A program made the position numbers and the translations under genes. A stretch of DNA of 64,000 bases from NCBI GenBank assembly GCA_963820105.1, contig CAWFYI010000003.1:12475-76474 (forward strand). Direction: 5' to 3'. The notes beneath the pieces were generated by a model. The model was not told where the DNA came from and searched no databases. It saw only the letters and a list, made by a program, of their open reading frames with translations. Below are positions 38,858 through 49,765 of the stretch, piece by piece (the first letter of the stretch is position 1; every line of letters begins with the position of its first letter). The DNA comes from an uncultured Candidatus Saccharibacteria bacterium. Lineage in GTDB: Bacteria; Patescibacteriota; Saccharimonadia; Saccharimonadales; UBA4665.

Positions 38858-39892
38858 ATGATAGTCGTAATAATCGCGGGCGGATCCGGTACCCGTCTTT
38901 GGCCGCTCTCAACCCATAATTATCCGAAACACCTGTTGCGGCTGACCAACGAGCGAAGCCTGCTGCAGAACACTCTAGGCAGGGTAAGCAAGCTCACGGA
39001 CCCAGAACGGATATTCGTAGTATCCGAGGCCTCGCACTCTGACCACGTGGTCGAACAGTTATCCGATATACCCCAGGAAAACATACTGGTAGAACCTGCG
39101 CGGCGCGGCACTGCCTCGTGCTTCCTGTTGGCCATGGATGCCATCAAAAAGCGGGGCCTGGATGACCAAGCGATATTCTTTCTGTGGTCCGATCATATCG
39201 TGCGGGACCAGCGCGGTTTCGCGAACACGGCCGCATTGGCCGCAGAGTTGGCGGAAGACACCCGCAAGATCGTATTCGTCGGCATCGAACCGACATATCC
39301 GACCACCGGTCTGGGCTACATGGAAAAGGGCGACCGGCTCCGTAACGGCTTCAAAAACGCTTTCGAACTGAAGAAATTCGTTGAAAAACCAGACAAGAAA
39401 ACCGCCGCGCACTACTTCAAGAGCGGCGACTACCTCTGGAACACGGGCTATCTGGTGGCAACCATGAAGACCTTGGAGCGCGAAATTGAACAACACTCAG
39501 CGCGCCTATGGAAAGATTACCGGGCGCTGCGAAAAAGTAAGGATCCTGCCGAAACTTACCTGGGCTTCGAATCCGAGCCGATCGACAAGGCTCTGTCCGA
39601 ACGCGTAAAAGACGGCTTGGTAGTGCCCGGATCGTTCGACTGGCTGGATATCGGTTCGTTCCACGACCTGCACGGCATCAGCGACCAGGACGACGACGGC
39701 AACTACTTAAGCGGCGACAACATCGAGCTGGAACAGGTGGCAAATAGCTACGTGCGTAACGAACAAGGCCTGCCGGTGGCAGTGATTGGCCTGGACAACG
39801 TGGCGGTAGTGGCTACCGAGCACGGCATCCTGGTGACCAACAAGACTTACGCCCAAAAGGTCGGCGAAATCAGCAAGCGGTTCAAGAAATAG
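38858..39892 (+). CDS. manC: Mannose-1-phosphate guanylyltransferase (nucleotidyltransferase domain only)
   Basis: N-terminus is MIVVIIAGGSGTRLWPLS, with the GIEPTYPTTGLGY block. 344 aa with no PMI/cupin extension. Confidence 0.85.
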   Translation: MIVVIIAGGSGTRLWPLSTHNYPKHLLRLTNERSLLQNTLGRVSKLTDPERIFVVSEASHSDHVVEQLSDIPQENILVEPARRGTASCFLLAMDAIKKRGLDDQAIFFLWSDHIVRDQRGFANTAALAAELAEDTRKIVFVGIEPTYPTTGLGYMEKGDRLRNGFKNAFELKKFVEKPDKKTAAHYFKSGDYLWNTGYLVATMKTLEREIEQHSARLWKDYRALRKSKDPAETYLGFESEPIDKALSERVKDGLVVPGSFDWLDIGSFHDLHGISDQDDDGNYLSGDNIELEQVANSYVRNEQGLPVAVIGLDNVAVVATEHGILVTNKTYAQKVGEISKRFKK

Positions 39893-39897
39893 CCCGG

Positions 39898-41328
39898 CTA
39901 GCCGTCGAGAGCTTCTATATTGGCATTGATCGATGATTTCCAGTCTATTTCTGGGAATTCATGGAGGACGCCGTTGATAGTCTTCCTTAGTTCTTCGTAG
40001 CCCGTAGTATCACGGGCCTCGAATTTGATGGTCAGGTAAGGACCGTTCTGTGAATAGCGCACTACGAACATGGCGTCTGGCAGGTCCAGACGGATGCCAT
40101 CACCGGCGCGCTCATCGCTTATGACCTCGGCCTTTGGGTATAGCTTCTGTAGTTTCGGCGCCAGCTTGTCTACTACATCCCGCTTATCGTCATCCGAACA
40201 ATAAACCTTGATTTCAGGGCTTGATTCGTAGTGCGGCAGGTCGGCGACCAGCTCGGATAGTTTCTTGCCTGAACGATCGATGGTCTGAAGAAGGCGCAGG
40301 GTAGAGTACAGGCCGTCGTCGTGGTTGTAGAAATCGGCAGAAAAGAAAAAGTGGCCGGACAACTCACCGATGAAAGCAGCCTTGACCTCTTGGTTCTTTT
40401 TCTTCAGGAAGGAGTGGCCGGTACGCCACATGAAGGGTTTGCCGCCATGTTCAACAATGGTTTCCGGGACGACCTTTGAACATAAGGTGTTGAACATTAT
40501 TTTGGAGCCGGGATGATCCTGCAAGACGCCTATAGCTAGCAGGGCAACCAGCACATCGTTCCAGATGATATTTCCGGCTTCGTCGACGATGCCTATGCGG
40601 TCACCATCGGCGTCATAAGTGAAGCCGATGTCTGCCTTGCTTTCCAGGACCTCGTCGCGTAGGCGCTCCACCACCTGTGTCTCGGTAGGGTCGGCGACGC
40701 CCATAGGGAAGGTCGGATCTACTTTGGTATTGTATTCGATTACTTCGCAACCAGCCTGTTTCAGAAACGCTGGGGCGATATCCCCGGCTGTTGTACAGCT
40801 TGGGTCGACTACGACCTTAAAGCGCTTCTTTATCGGCAACCGCTTGATTATATCTGCGTAGTAAGCCGGCCTGATGTCTTCATCTTTTAGCTGACCCTGT
40901 TTAGCCCCTTTGTCATAATCTTCCTCCTGGATCAGGCGGCACAGCTCCTGCATGCCCTCGGTCACCAAGGTTTCCGAGTAGTCGTTCGCGAACTTGAAAC
41001 CGTTGAAGGCAGGCGGGTTATGGGAAGCGCTCACATAAACTCCGGCCGGGGTCTTCAGATGGTACTGCGACCAATAAAACATACCGACCAGCTGCATGCC
41101 GATGTCAGTAACGTCAATGCCGGCCCACCTTAAACCCTTAATAAGTTCCTGACTATACTCCGGCCCGGTCTCGCGCGAGTCACGCCCGACGACTGCAGAC
41201 TTCTTACCCCGGCGTGTCAGATAAGTGCCGTAGGCTTTGCCTATGTGGAGCGCTAACTCAGGGCTTAGATCCTTGCCGACCAGACCTCTTAGGTCGTAGC
41301 CGCGGAATAACTGGGTATTTACCTTCAT
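39898..41328 (-). CDS. manB: Phosphomannomutase/phosphoglucomutase
   Basis: The active-site Ser loop is SASHNPPAFNGFKF, the metal loop is FTYDADGDRIGIVD, and the sugar loop is GELSGHFFF. Confidence 0.88.
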   Translation of the reverse strand: MKVNTQLFRGYDLRGLVGKDLSPELALHIGKAYGTYLTRRGKKSAVVGRDSRETGPEYSQELIKGLRWAGIDVTDIGMQLVGMFYWSQYHLKTPAGVYVSASHNPPAFNGFKFANDYSETLVTEGMQELCRLIQEEDYDKGAKQGQLKDEDIRPAYYADIIKRLPIKKRFKVVVDPSCTTAGDIAPAFLKQAGCEVIEYNTKVDPTFPMGVADPTETQVVERLRDEVLESKADIGFTYDADGDRIGIVDEAGNIIWNDVLVALLAIGVLQDHPGSKIMFNTLCSKVVPETIVEHGGKPFMWRTGHSFLKKKNQEVKAAFIGELSGHFFFSADFYNHDDGLYSTLRLLQTIDRSGKKLSELVADLPHYESSPEIKVYCSDDDKRDVVDKLAPKLQKLYPKAEVISDERAGDGIRLDLPDAMFVVRYSQNGPYLTIKFEARDTTGYEELRKTINGVLHEFPEIDWKSSINANIEALDG

Positions 41329-41412
41329 GAAATCTCCTTAATCTAAACCATTATAACGCCTTTTTCGGGCGTCTAATCTTTATTTAATGCCTGACGCATA
41401 TAGTAGTGGCTT

Positions 41413-41811
41413 ATGATGGCAGACCTTCAAGCGTTTGATGATTGGAATGACAAGAAAAAACGACTGCACGCTAGCCGGCCGAATATATTGTTTAAGGAAG
41501 GGCAGATCTGGTGGTGCTCCCTGGGCGTTAACGTAGGAGAAGAAGTTCTTGGCAAAGGCCCGATGTATTTACGGCCGGCTATCGTACTGCGCAAGGTAAC
41601 GCACACCTCGTGTGTAGTTATCCCGACTACGACCCAAGCAAAATACGGATCTTGGTATTATCCACTTGAAATTAATAACCTGAAGCGCTGGGCAATGATG
41701 CACCAGATACGCTATATCTCCAGTAAAAGATTACGCAACCGGGAGTCCACCATTCCTAGTGTTGATTTCAGGGCACTAAAAAAGGCCTTAGTGAAATTCT
41801 ACGGCCTTTAG
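41413..41811 (+). CDS. PemK/MazF-like toxin-fold protein, no adjacent antitoxin ORF
   Basis: KEGQIWWCSLGVNVGEEVLGKGPMYLRPAIVLRKVTHTSCVVIPTTTQ follows the G-x-E...RP-x-(I/V)VL...(V/I)(I/V)P-x-T pattern of MazF/PemK-type proteins. The flanking spacers (84 and 109 bp) contain no plausible small ORF. Confidence 0.5.
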   Translation: MMADLQAFDDWNDKKKRLHASRPNILFKEGQIWWCSLGVNVGEEVLGKGPMYLRPAIVLRKVTHTSCVVIPTTTQAKYGSWYYPLEINNLKRWAMMHQIRYISSKRLRNRESTIPSVDFRALKKALVKFYGL

Positions 41812-41920
41812 TTTTGCGATGATCACCGGACGTTGCCATCCGGATCGGTGGGTATTCCCAAATGTAATTAGATTCTAACAAATAATTATGCTGACGTCAA
41901 TCTGTTAATAAGGTTTTAAT

Positions 41921-43747
<1,827 letters not shown>

Positions 43748-43751
43748 TTAC

Positions 43752-44906
43752 TTAAGACCTTTCGGATAAACGTTCATTGATGTAGTTTCGCATATTTTCC
43801 TTGAAAGCCGCTATGGAAAAGTCGTCCGCGGTCTTGGCTATGGCCGTATGGTCGAATGTTTTATTGACCGCCGCTTCCAAGGTTTCGGCAAGCTGTTTGA
43901 CGGTCTGACGCTCGAAGAACAGCCCTGTTTTGCCCTCGGACACGTAATCCAGGGCGCCGCCTTTATTATAGGCGATTACCGGTGTTCCCGCAGCCAAGGC
44001 CTCGACCGCCACGATTCCGAAGTCGTCCATGTTGGGCATTATATAGCCTATGGCGGACTGGAAATGTCCTGCCATCTCCATATCGTTAGTGTTGGTCAGA
44101 AAGGTCACGCTGCGCCCGGCCAGCTTCTCCAGCCGTTTGTGGTCCGGCCCGTCGCCGATTACCACCAAAGGCACCTTGAGTTCGTTGCAGGCCTCTATCG
44201 CCAGGTCAAACCGCTTGTATGGCGTCTGGCGGCCTGCTACCACGAAGCCGTGGCGCAGCGGCGGCTTGACGTTGCCAGGCAGACTGAAGCGAGCGGTCTC
44301 TACCGGAGGAAAGATTACGTCTGAATCCCGTTTGTAGTAGCGCTTGATCATAGTCTGGGTGTGAGAGGAGTTGGCTATGAAATAGTCGGGACGTTTGGCG
44401 GCGCGCCGGTCCCAGCGCTTCAGCGGTCCGGACAGAATCGTTAAACCCAGACGGGCCGCCCAGTTGAGCCCCCGGGGAAAGCCGGGATTCTCCATGTATT
44501 CATCCTGTCTTATCCAGTAATAATGCGTAGGCGAATGGCAGTAGCAGATATGCAGCGTGTCTTTGCCTGTATGCACGCCCTTGGCTTCGGCGCCGCTGGA
44601 TGACAGCACCAGATCATATCCGCTCAGATCCAAGCGGCTGAACTCGCGGGCTCTTAGCAGGGGCAGGAACTTCTTCAAGCGGGGGGAGAGAGTCTGTAGC
44701 TTGGTGGTACGTACGTCGGCGTCTTTGAACCAATCGATGGCGCTTGGATCGTACTGGGAGGTGTAAATGGGCGCTTCGGGGTACATCTTGTGCAGCTCCA
44801 GTACCACGCGCTCAGCACCGCCTATACCGGTCAGCCAGTCACAGACGATGGCTACTTTCAGCTTGCCCGGCTTGCGTGCCGGCCCGGCTTTGACCTTTTT
44901 GCTCAT
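43752..44906 (-). CDS. Glycosyltransferase family 4
   Basis: Motifs are KVAIVCDWLTGIGGAERV and IMPNMDDFGIVAVEALAAGTPVIAYNKGGALDYV. Confidence 0.85.
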   Translation of the reverse strand: MSKKVKAGPARKPGKLKVAIVCDWLTGIGGAERVVLELHKMYPEAPIYTSQYDPSAIDWFKDADVRTTKLQTLSPRLKKFLPLLRAREFSRLDLSGYDLVLSSSGAEAKGVHTGKDTLHICYCHSPTHYYWIRQDEYMENPGFPRGLNWAARLGLTILSGPLKRWDRRAAKRPDYFIANSSHTQTMIKRYYKRDSDVIFPPVETARFSLPGNVKPPLRHGFVVAGRQTPYKRFDLAIEACNELKVPLVVIGDGPDHKRLEKLAGRSVTFLTNTNDMEMAGHFQSAIGYIMPNMDDFGIVAVEALAAGTPVIAYNKGGALDYVSEGKTGLFFERQTVKQLAETLEAAVNKTFDHTAIAKTADDFSIAAFKENMRNYINERLSERS

Positions 44907-46348
44907 CCGCGGGTACCCTTGTGGAACAATACTACCCAGAACGTTTTGGCGATTATGACCGCGTCGCCCCAGAAGCTCCAGTTCTGCACATAGTATAGAT
45001 CCAGTTTGCGCCGTTCGGTGAAACTCAGGTCGCTGACCCCGGAAATCTGCGCAAGGCCGGTCATGCCCGATTTTACGCTCAGGATAAGATTCTTCTGTTC
45101 GGATTTATCTAGTTCGTAAGGCACCAGCGCTCTGGGGCCGACCAGACTGATGTCAGCTTTGACCACGTTGAAGAGTTGGGGCAGTTCATCCAGGCTGGTG
45201 CGGCGCAGGAAATGTCCTATGGCGGTCACGCGCGGGTCGCGTTCCAGATGATCGCCGGCGGCCCGGTATTCTTTGCCGAGTTCCGGACGCCCCATCTTGC
45301 GAAAGGCCTCTTCCGGTTCCATGCCGCTGTAACCGGGTTTATGCGTACGGAACTTGAAAACTCGTACAGGGGTATTGAAACGGCTCAGGCGGGTCTGCTG
45401 GAAGAATACCGGGCCGCCGTCAGACAGTTTCACGGCGACGGCTATGACCAGCATGAACGGCGACGCTACAGCCAGGAACAAACCGCCCAGGAACAGATCG
45501 GTCAATCGCTTAACCACCCGGCCCCAACCGATGAGCGCCGTCTGATGCACGGCGATTATCGGTATGGTGTGGAACAGATCTACTTCTATGTTGCCGACGA
45601 ACAGCTCGCTGTTGCCGGGAACGAAGCGGTAAGCGGCGTGATTCTCCTGGGCGTAAGTCAGGATTTCGTCGTTGTTTTCGCCGGCGGCGTAAAGCTCGGT
45701 CTGGATTATGGTATGCAGCGGGCGTCCCTTCAGATGATCGATGGCTTCGGAGAAGCTTTTGTACTCGCGGTATGAATCGTAGTGGTGCCTGAGCTTGTGG
45801 CGCACTCCGCCCACGACCCCGGCGACCTTATAGCCGGTGATATTCGTATTTCCCAGGGCGTCGAGCAGGCGCTGGGTGGTCTTGGTATCGCCTACCAGCA
45901 GTACGTTATTGATGCCGAAACCGTAGCTGAACAGCTGGCGTCTAAGCCCGCGGGCCAGCGTGCGCTCGGCCAGCACCAGGAAAAATGCCAGGCCGAAGCC
46001 GTACACGGTGACCAACCGCGCCGGGAAGATTACGACGTCTGTCATGTAGCTGTAGCTGATGACGAACAGGATACCGATGAAGCAGCCGATGAGCAGGCGC
46101 CCAAGCTCGCTGAACCGCTTGTCATAAAACCGCGAGTTATACAGGCCCAGCAGGCCGAAGATCAATATCCAGAACGGCAGCAAGCTCACAACCGTTTCCA
46201 AGTAATTGAAAGCGTGGACATGGGCGCTAATCGGCGTGTGACTGATGGTCACGCGCAGTATATACGCTATACTGAAAGCAAGGGTGATGGCTAGCGCATC
46301 GCCAATAATTAAAGCAAAGTTGTAAATAACTGAAGCATTATTCTTCAT
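44903..46348 (-). CDS. Polyprenyl-phosphate hexose-1-phosphate transferase (WbaP/large PGT family initiating enzyme)
   Basis: It has N-terminal TM helices and a C-terminal bacterial sugar-transferase domain: LDELPQLFNVVKADISLVGPRALVPYE, KSGMTGLAQISG, DLYYVQNWSFWGD. Confidence 0.88.
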   Translation of the reverse strand: MKNNASVIYNFALIIGDALAITLAFSIAYILRVTISHTPISAHVHAFNYLETVVSLLPFWILIFGLLGLYNSRFYDKRFSELGRLLIGCFIGILFVISYSYMTDVVIFPARLVTVYGFGLAFFLVLAERTLARGLRRQLFSYGFGINNVLLVGDTKTTQRLLDALGNTNITGYKVAGVVGGVRHKLRHHYDSYREYKSFSEAIDHLKGRPLHTIIQTELYAAGENNDEILTYAQENHAAYRFVPGNSELFVGNIEVDLFHTIPIIAVHQTALIGWGRVVKRLTDLFLGGLFLAVASPFMLVIAVAVKLSDGGPVFFQQTRLSRFNTPVRVFKFRTHKPGYSGMEPEEAFRKMGRPELGKEYRAAGDHLERDPRVTAIGHFLRRTSLDELPQLFNVVKADISLVGPRALVPYELDKSEQKNLILSVKSGMTGLAQISGVSDLSFTERRKLDLYYVQNWSFWGDAVIIAKTFWVVLFHKGTRG

Positions 46349-46406
46349 GGAGGTCTTTCAATTTCCGGATGTTAGCCCGTGAAAGGCTATACTAAATTGT
46401 AGCATT

Positions 46407-47747
46407 ATGAAGATATCCGCGTTGAAGTATACCGTCCTGTCGTGGGTAAGCATATTTACTATGCTGATCCTGATGCTCATGCCGTTCCACGCCTTGCTGA
46501 CAGTATGGGGCTCCAGTCTGATCGGTCACTACACCGCGCTCCGGCTCTGGAAGGAAGTGCTGCTGGCTTTAAGCGTGGCCGGGGTGCTATACCTGTTACT
46601 TACCGATCACAAGATCCGCACCCATACGCTTTCGCGCCGGCTGGTCTGGCTGATATTGGCTTACATTCTACTGAATGTTATCTGGGGTCTGCTGGCGCTC
46701 AATCAACATGACGTCACGGCCAAGGCATTAGGCTACGGTCTGATAGTAAATCTTAGGTATCTGATCTTTTTCCTCGTTACCTGGTCTGTCGCGCTTCGCA
46801 TGTCGCGTCTGCGTTCGCACTGGCAGTGGATGGTTTACTGGCCGGCCATGGGCGTGGCAGCCTTCGGACTGCTGCAGATCTTTATCCTGCCGCATGACTT
46901 CCTGCGGCATTTCGGCTACGGCACGCACACCATACCGGCCGTAGAGACCATCAACCATAATTCCCGCTATGTGCGTACCGCTTCAACGCTCAGGGGAGCG
47001 AACCCGCTGGGCGCTTATCTGCTCATACCAATAAGCCTGCTGTCCGTGCTGTTGCTGAGCCCCAAACGCCGCACCTGGCTACAGGCCGGTTTCCTGACCG
47101 GGTTATTGGTGGTATTGTTCTTCAGCTTCTCACGCAGCGCCTGGGTCGGCGCCCTCTTAACCATCTGTGTAGTCCTGTTATTCAGTGTGCGCACCCGCGC
47201 CAGCCGGCGCGCCACCGTAGGAATAATCGCCGGTCTTATCATATTGGCGGCGGGTCTGACGGCCGTGTTCCACCGCAGCCCCAAGTTTGAAAATTTCATC
47301 TTTCATACGCAGACACACTCGGAGGTCAAGACCACCTCTAACGAAAATCACCTGATGGCTTTGAAGAAGAACGGCAAGGACATATGGCGCCAGCCGCTGG
47401 GCCGCGGACCCGGCACTGCCGGCCCGGCCAGCATCTATAACGCGGGCCACCAGCCGCGTATCGCCGAGAATTATTTCGTACAGGTCGCGCAGGAAACGGG
47501 GTGGCTGGGCTTCGGCCTGCTTGCCCTTATTAATTTCGGCATTGGCTATCTGCTGTGGCTGAGGCGGGACGACCCCCTGGCGCTCAGCCTCTTCGCCAGC
47601 CTTATCGGCCTGACTTTCATCAATCTGTTATCGCATGCCTGGGCTGATGACACGCTGGCGTACGTCTGGTGGGGTCTGGCAGGCGTGGCCATGGCGCCGG
47701 ACCGCAAGGCGGAAGCGGTCGAAAAAGCCGGTGAGAAAGATGGCTAA
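46407..47747 (+). CDS. O-antigen ligase/polymerase family membrane protein (Wzy_C-type)
   Basis: 446 aa and polytopic. It has FFSFSRSAWVGALLT followed by an extracytoplasmic loop with conserved His/Arg (FHTQTHSE...RGPGTAG). Confidence 0.72.
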   Translation: MKISALKYTVLSWVSIFTMLILMLMPFHALLTVWGSSLIGHYTALRLWKEVLLALSVAGVLYLLLTDHKIRTHTLSRRLVWLILAYILLNVIWGLLALNQHDVTAKALGYGLIVNLRYLIFFLVTWSVALRMSRLRSHWQWMVYWPAMGVAAFGLLQIFILPHDFLRHFGYGTHTIPAVETINHNSRYVRTASTLRGANPLGAYLLIPISLLSVLLLSPKRRTWLQAGFLTGLLVVLFFSFSRSAWVGALLTICVVLLFSVRTRASRRATVGIIAGLIILAAGLTAVFHRSPKFENFIFHTQTHSEVKTTSNENHLMALKKNGKDIWRQPLGRGPGTAGPASIYNAGHQPRIAENYFVQVAQETGWLGFGLLALINFGIGYLLWLRRDDPLALSLFASLIGLTFINLLSHAWADDTLAYVWWGLAGVAMAPDRKAEAVEKAGEKDG

Positions 47748-48021
47748 GATCTGCCCGGAACTGCGGTTCTTCAAATATCTGGCCGGCGGCAATCTGTATT
47801 TCCGGAACGCTCGCAAAGAGTCCAAAAATGACGGCTACATACGATATATTAAGCTAGAAAGGACTAACTATATGCACGCGGGAAAATCTTGCAGACGCTA
47901 ATCAATTCAACGGCCAACTTCGTTAATTGCAATGCTATAACTGACTCGCTAATTATTAAGCTTTTGAATTATGTCTGTGCCAGCCCTTTAGATTTTTATG
48001 GAAATTTTTATAATAATTTGA

Positions 48022-48360
48022 ATGAGCGATTTCGGGGTGTTAAAGCAGCTGGGACTGAACCAAAGCGACATCAGTTGTTATGTATGCCTGATTGAACAAG
48101 GTCCGGCAACGGCACAGGGGTTATCCAAGAGGCTTAGGATGTCGCCAACCAATCTATACGCGGTACTGGAAAAGTTGTCAGATCAGGGTTTCATTGATGC
48201 ATTCAAGCTGACCACCGCACCGGCATTGTTCAGAGCCAAACGATTGGACAGAGCGCTTAGCGCGAACTACATGCACCGTCGGCACCTGGTGCTGCCACTG
48301 TGCCACGAATTGAATATTCCATCGCCGCCTGCGTTGCCGCCGCGCTGCTGGCAACAGTGA
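48022..48360 (+). CDS. TrmB-like winged-helix transcriptional regulator (small)
   Basis: LKQLGLNQSDISCYVCLIEQGPATAQGLSKRLRMSPTNLYAVLEKLSDQGFI matches the TrmB N-terminal wHTH pattern. Confidence 0.55.
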   Translation: MSDFGVLKQLGLNQSDISCYVCLIEQGPATAQGLSKRLRMSPTNLYAVLEKLSDQGFIDAFKLTTAPALFRAKRLDRALSANYMHRRHLVLPLCHELNIPSPPALPPRCWQQ

Positions 48361-48383
48361 ACTAATAGTGGCATAATGCTAAT

Positions 48384-48866
48384 GTGAACGAAAAGCAAAC
48401 ATCCGAAGGCAAGACCATAAGGCCGACCAAGAAGCAAAAGGAATTGCTCGGCTTCATAGAATCATTTATCAGCGAACACGGTTATAGCCCGAGCTACCGT
48501 GAAATCATGGCGGGGCTGAATTATACATCGGTGGCGACGGTTTCGCTGCATGTAAATAATCTTATAAAGCGCGGGCACTTGGCCAAGCGTGATCACTCGG
48601 CCCGTTCGCTGGAAATCGTCAAACAAGGCGAGAGCAAGGAGCCCACGAAAATTACCTCCAACCAGATAGCTCCAGGAGAGGAGAAGTGGCTGATCGAGAA
48701 GGTTGAGCACGCTTTCAAACAGGTCGAGGGCAGCGGCAGGCCGGACGATGACAATTTGGATAATCTGCAGATCCTGCTGGGAGCGTTAAAAGTTCTGGGC
48801 CTGGACGGCGCTTCGCAGAGTTTCGCGCCGCGGCTGACCGCGCTGAAACAGCGCCAGTCATCTTAG
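48384..48866 (+). CDS. LexA-N-terminal-domain-like DNA-binding protein lacking the S24 peptidase domain
   Basis: KKQKELLGFIESFISEHGYSPSYREIMAGLNYTSVATVSLHVNNLIKRGHLAKRDHSARSLEI matches the LexA DNA-binding domain. The C-terminal 80 aa show no GDSM / Ser-Lys dyad motifs. GTG start. Confidence 0.6.
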   Translation: MNEKQTSEGKTIRPTKKQKELLGFIESFISEHGYSPSYREIMAGLNYTSVATVSLHVNNLIKRGHLAKRDHSARSLEIVKQGESKEPTKITSNQIAPGEEKWLIEKVEHAFKQVEGSGRPDDDNLDNLQILLGALKVLGLDGASQSFAPRLTALKQRQSS

Positions 48867-48892
48867 CCGGGCGGCAGTTGTCCATATCACAA

Positions 48893-48921
48893 TTGACAGC
48901 CTGCAATTTTGGTCGTACTAT
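48893..48921 (+). promoter_or_regulatory. Sigma-70-like promoter for the riboswitch operon
   Basis: TTGACA (48893-48898), a 17-nt spacer, then TACTAT (48916-48921). Confidence 0.45.
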
Positions 48922-48927
48922 CAGACA

Positions 48928-49082
48928 CGCTATATGCGTTTTGCAATAGAGCATTACGCGTTTGGGGAAGAAGGGTGAAATTCCCTCACTGTGCCGCAAC
49001 TGTGAAAGTCAGATGACCAAATAGCGATTAATCGAATCGAAACCTTCGAGCAAAGGTCCTGACGGTCTCACAACTGTATCCC
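48928..49082 (+). promoter_or_regulatory. Cobalamin (B12) riboswitch aptamer
   Basis: The core at 48964-49018, GGGGAAGAAGGGTGAAATTCCCTCACTGTGCCGCAACTGTGAAAGTCAGATGACC, matches the conserved GGGAA...GGTGAAAxTCC...CCGCxACTGT core and a B12-box-like AGTCAGATGACC. It lies in a 248-bp 5' leader. This was not verified with a covariance model. Confidence 0.65.
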
Positions 49083-49120
49083 CCTCCGCTTGGAATGTTT
49101 CAGTCGGAGGATTTTTGTTT
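49083..49120 (+). terminator. Expression-platform hairpin + U tract; the stem also sequesters the Shine-Dalgarno sequence
   Basis: CCTCCG (49083-49088) pairs with CGGAGG (49105-49110), followed by TTTTTGTTTT (49112-49120). GGAGG is the only SD-like element before the TTG start at 49115. Confidence 0.55.
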
Positions 49121-49753
49121 TCCAGGCTCAAACAACACATTCCAGTCTTCGCGCCGCTTGGCGCCGGCCTGCTAATTATTACTTTGATAACCATTATGGG
49201 CGGCCTGTGGCAGTATAAATATCAACTTGACCACTCATCCAGCCCTTACTCGCCGGCCTTAATCGCGCGCAATACCAAAATCACCGGTGAATCCGGTATC
49301 CCGCGACAGGCTGGCACCCAAAACGTATCGCCGGGCAACGGCAGCGTTCTGTCAGGCAGTACGAATACTGTAAAATCGAATACCTACAACACTGACTGGA
49401 CAGCCTCTGCGAGCAGTCCGGGCAGTGCCCAAGCCGCTTCGAGTACCTCGTCTGGCTCCGCGATCGTAGCTGTATCGTTAAGCGTTAACGGCAGCTACGC
49501 GGGCAAGGTTACACTCCTCAGCTCCGGCAACCAGTGCGACGTATTAAGCAAGGCCCGCAGTGAAGGCGTCATCAATTATCTGGATATGCGTTATGACCCG
49601 CAAAATAAGTCCTATGCAGTTTACGTCATCAATAATATTGGGGATAGCAACTCAGTCTGGTGGACTTATACAGTTAACGGCGGATGGGTACCCGGATGTA
49701 GCAGTACCCCTGTACACAACAATGATTCAGTGAACTGGCAGTACATAAAATGA
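49115..49753 (+). CDS. Membrane-anchored protein with C-terminal DUF4430-type (transcobalamin beta-domain-like) module
   Basis: N-terminal TM is PLGAGLLIITLITIMGGLW, followed by a Ser-rich linker. The C-terminal ~95 aa are VAVSLSVNG...CDVLSKARSEGVINYLDM...YVINNIGDSNSVWWTYTVNGGWVPGCSSTPVHNNDSVNWQY. The TTG start lies in the U tract; an alternative ATG at 49196 would truncate the TM helix. Confidence 0.7.
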   Translation: MFSRLKQHIPVFAPLGAGLLIITLITIMGGLWQYKYQLDHSSSPYSPALIARNTKITGESGIPRQAGTQNVSPGNGSVLSGSTNTVKSNTYNTDWTASASSPGSAQAASSTSSGSAIVAVSLSVNGSYAGKVTLLSSGNQCDVLSKARSEGVINYLDMRYDPQNKSYAVYVINNIGDSNSVWWTYTVNGGWVPGCSSTPVHNNDSVNWQYIK

Positions 49754-49765
49754 TAAGGAGCAACG

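Noticed and set aside
41329-41412. Short hairpin ACGCC-TTTTTC-GGGCGT upstream of the MazF-like gene, considered as a terminator or antitoxin RNA
   Set aside because: The stem is only 5-6 bp with no U tract in the relevant orientation, which is too weak to call.
43748-43751. Possible glmS ribozyme in the glmS 5' leader
   Set aside because: Only 4 nt separate the glmS start (43747) from the stop of the upstream GT4 gene (43752), so there is no room for the ~170-nt ribozyme.
47748-48021. AT-rich 274-bp spacer checked for tRNA, small RNA or mobile-element ends. The overlapping ORFs 47635-47901 (+) and 47628-47825 (-) were checked too.
   Set aside because: I could find no cloverleaf-compatible acceptor/T-arm pairing, no strong inverted or direct repeats, and the ORFs are Arg/Lys-rich noise overlapping the Wzy-like gene's 3' end. 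It is most simply a promoter/operator region for the TrmB-like gene.
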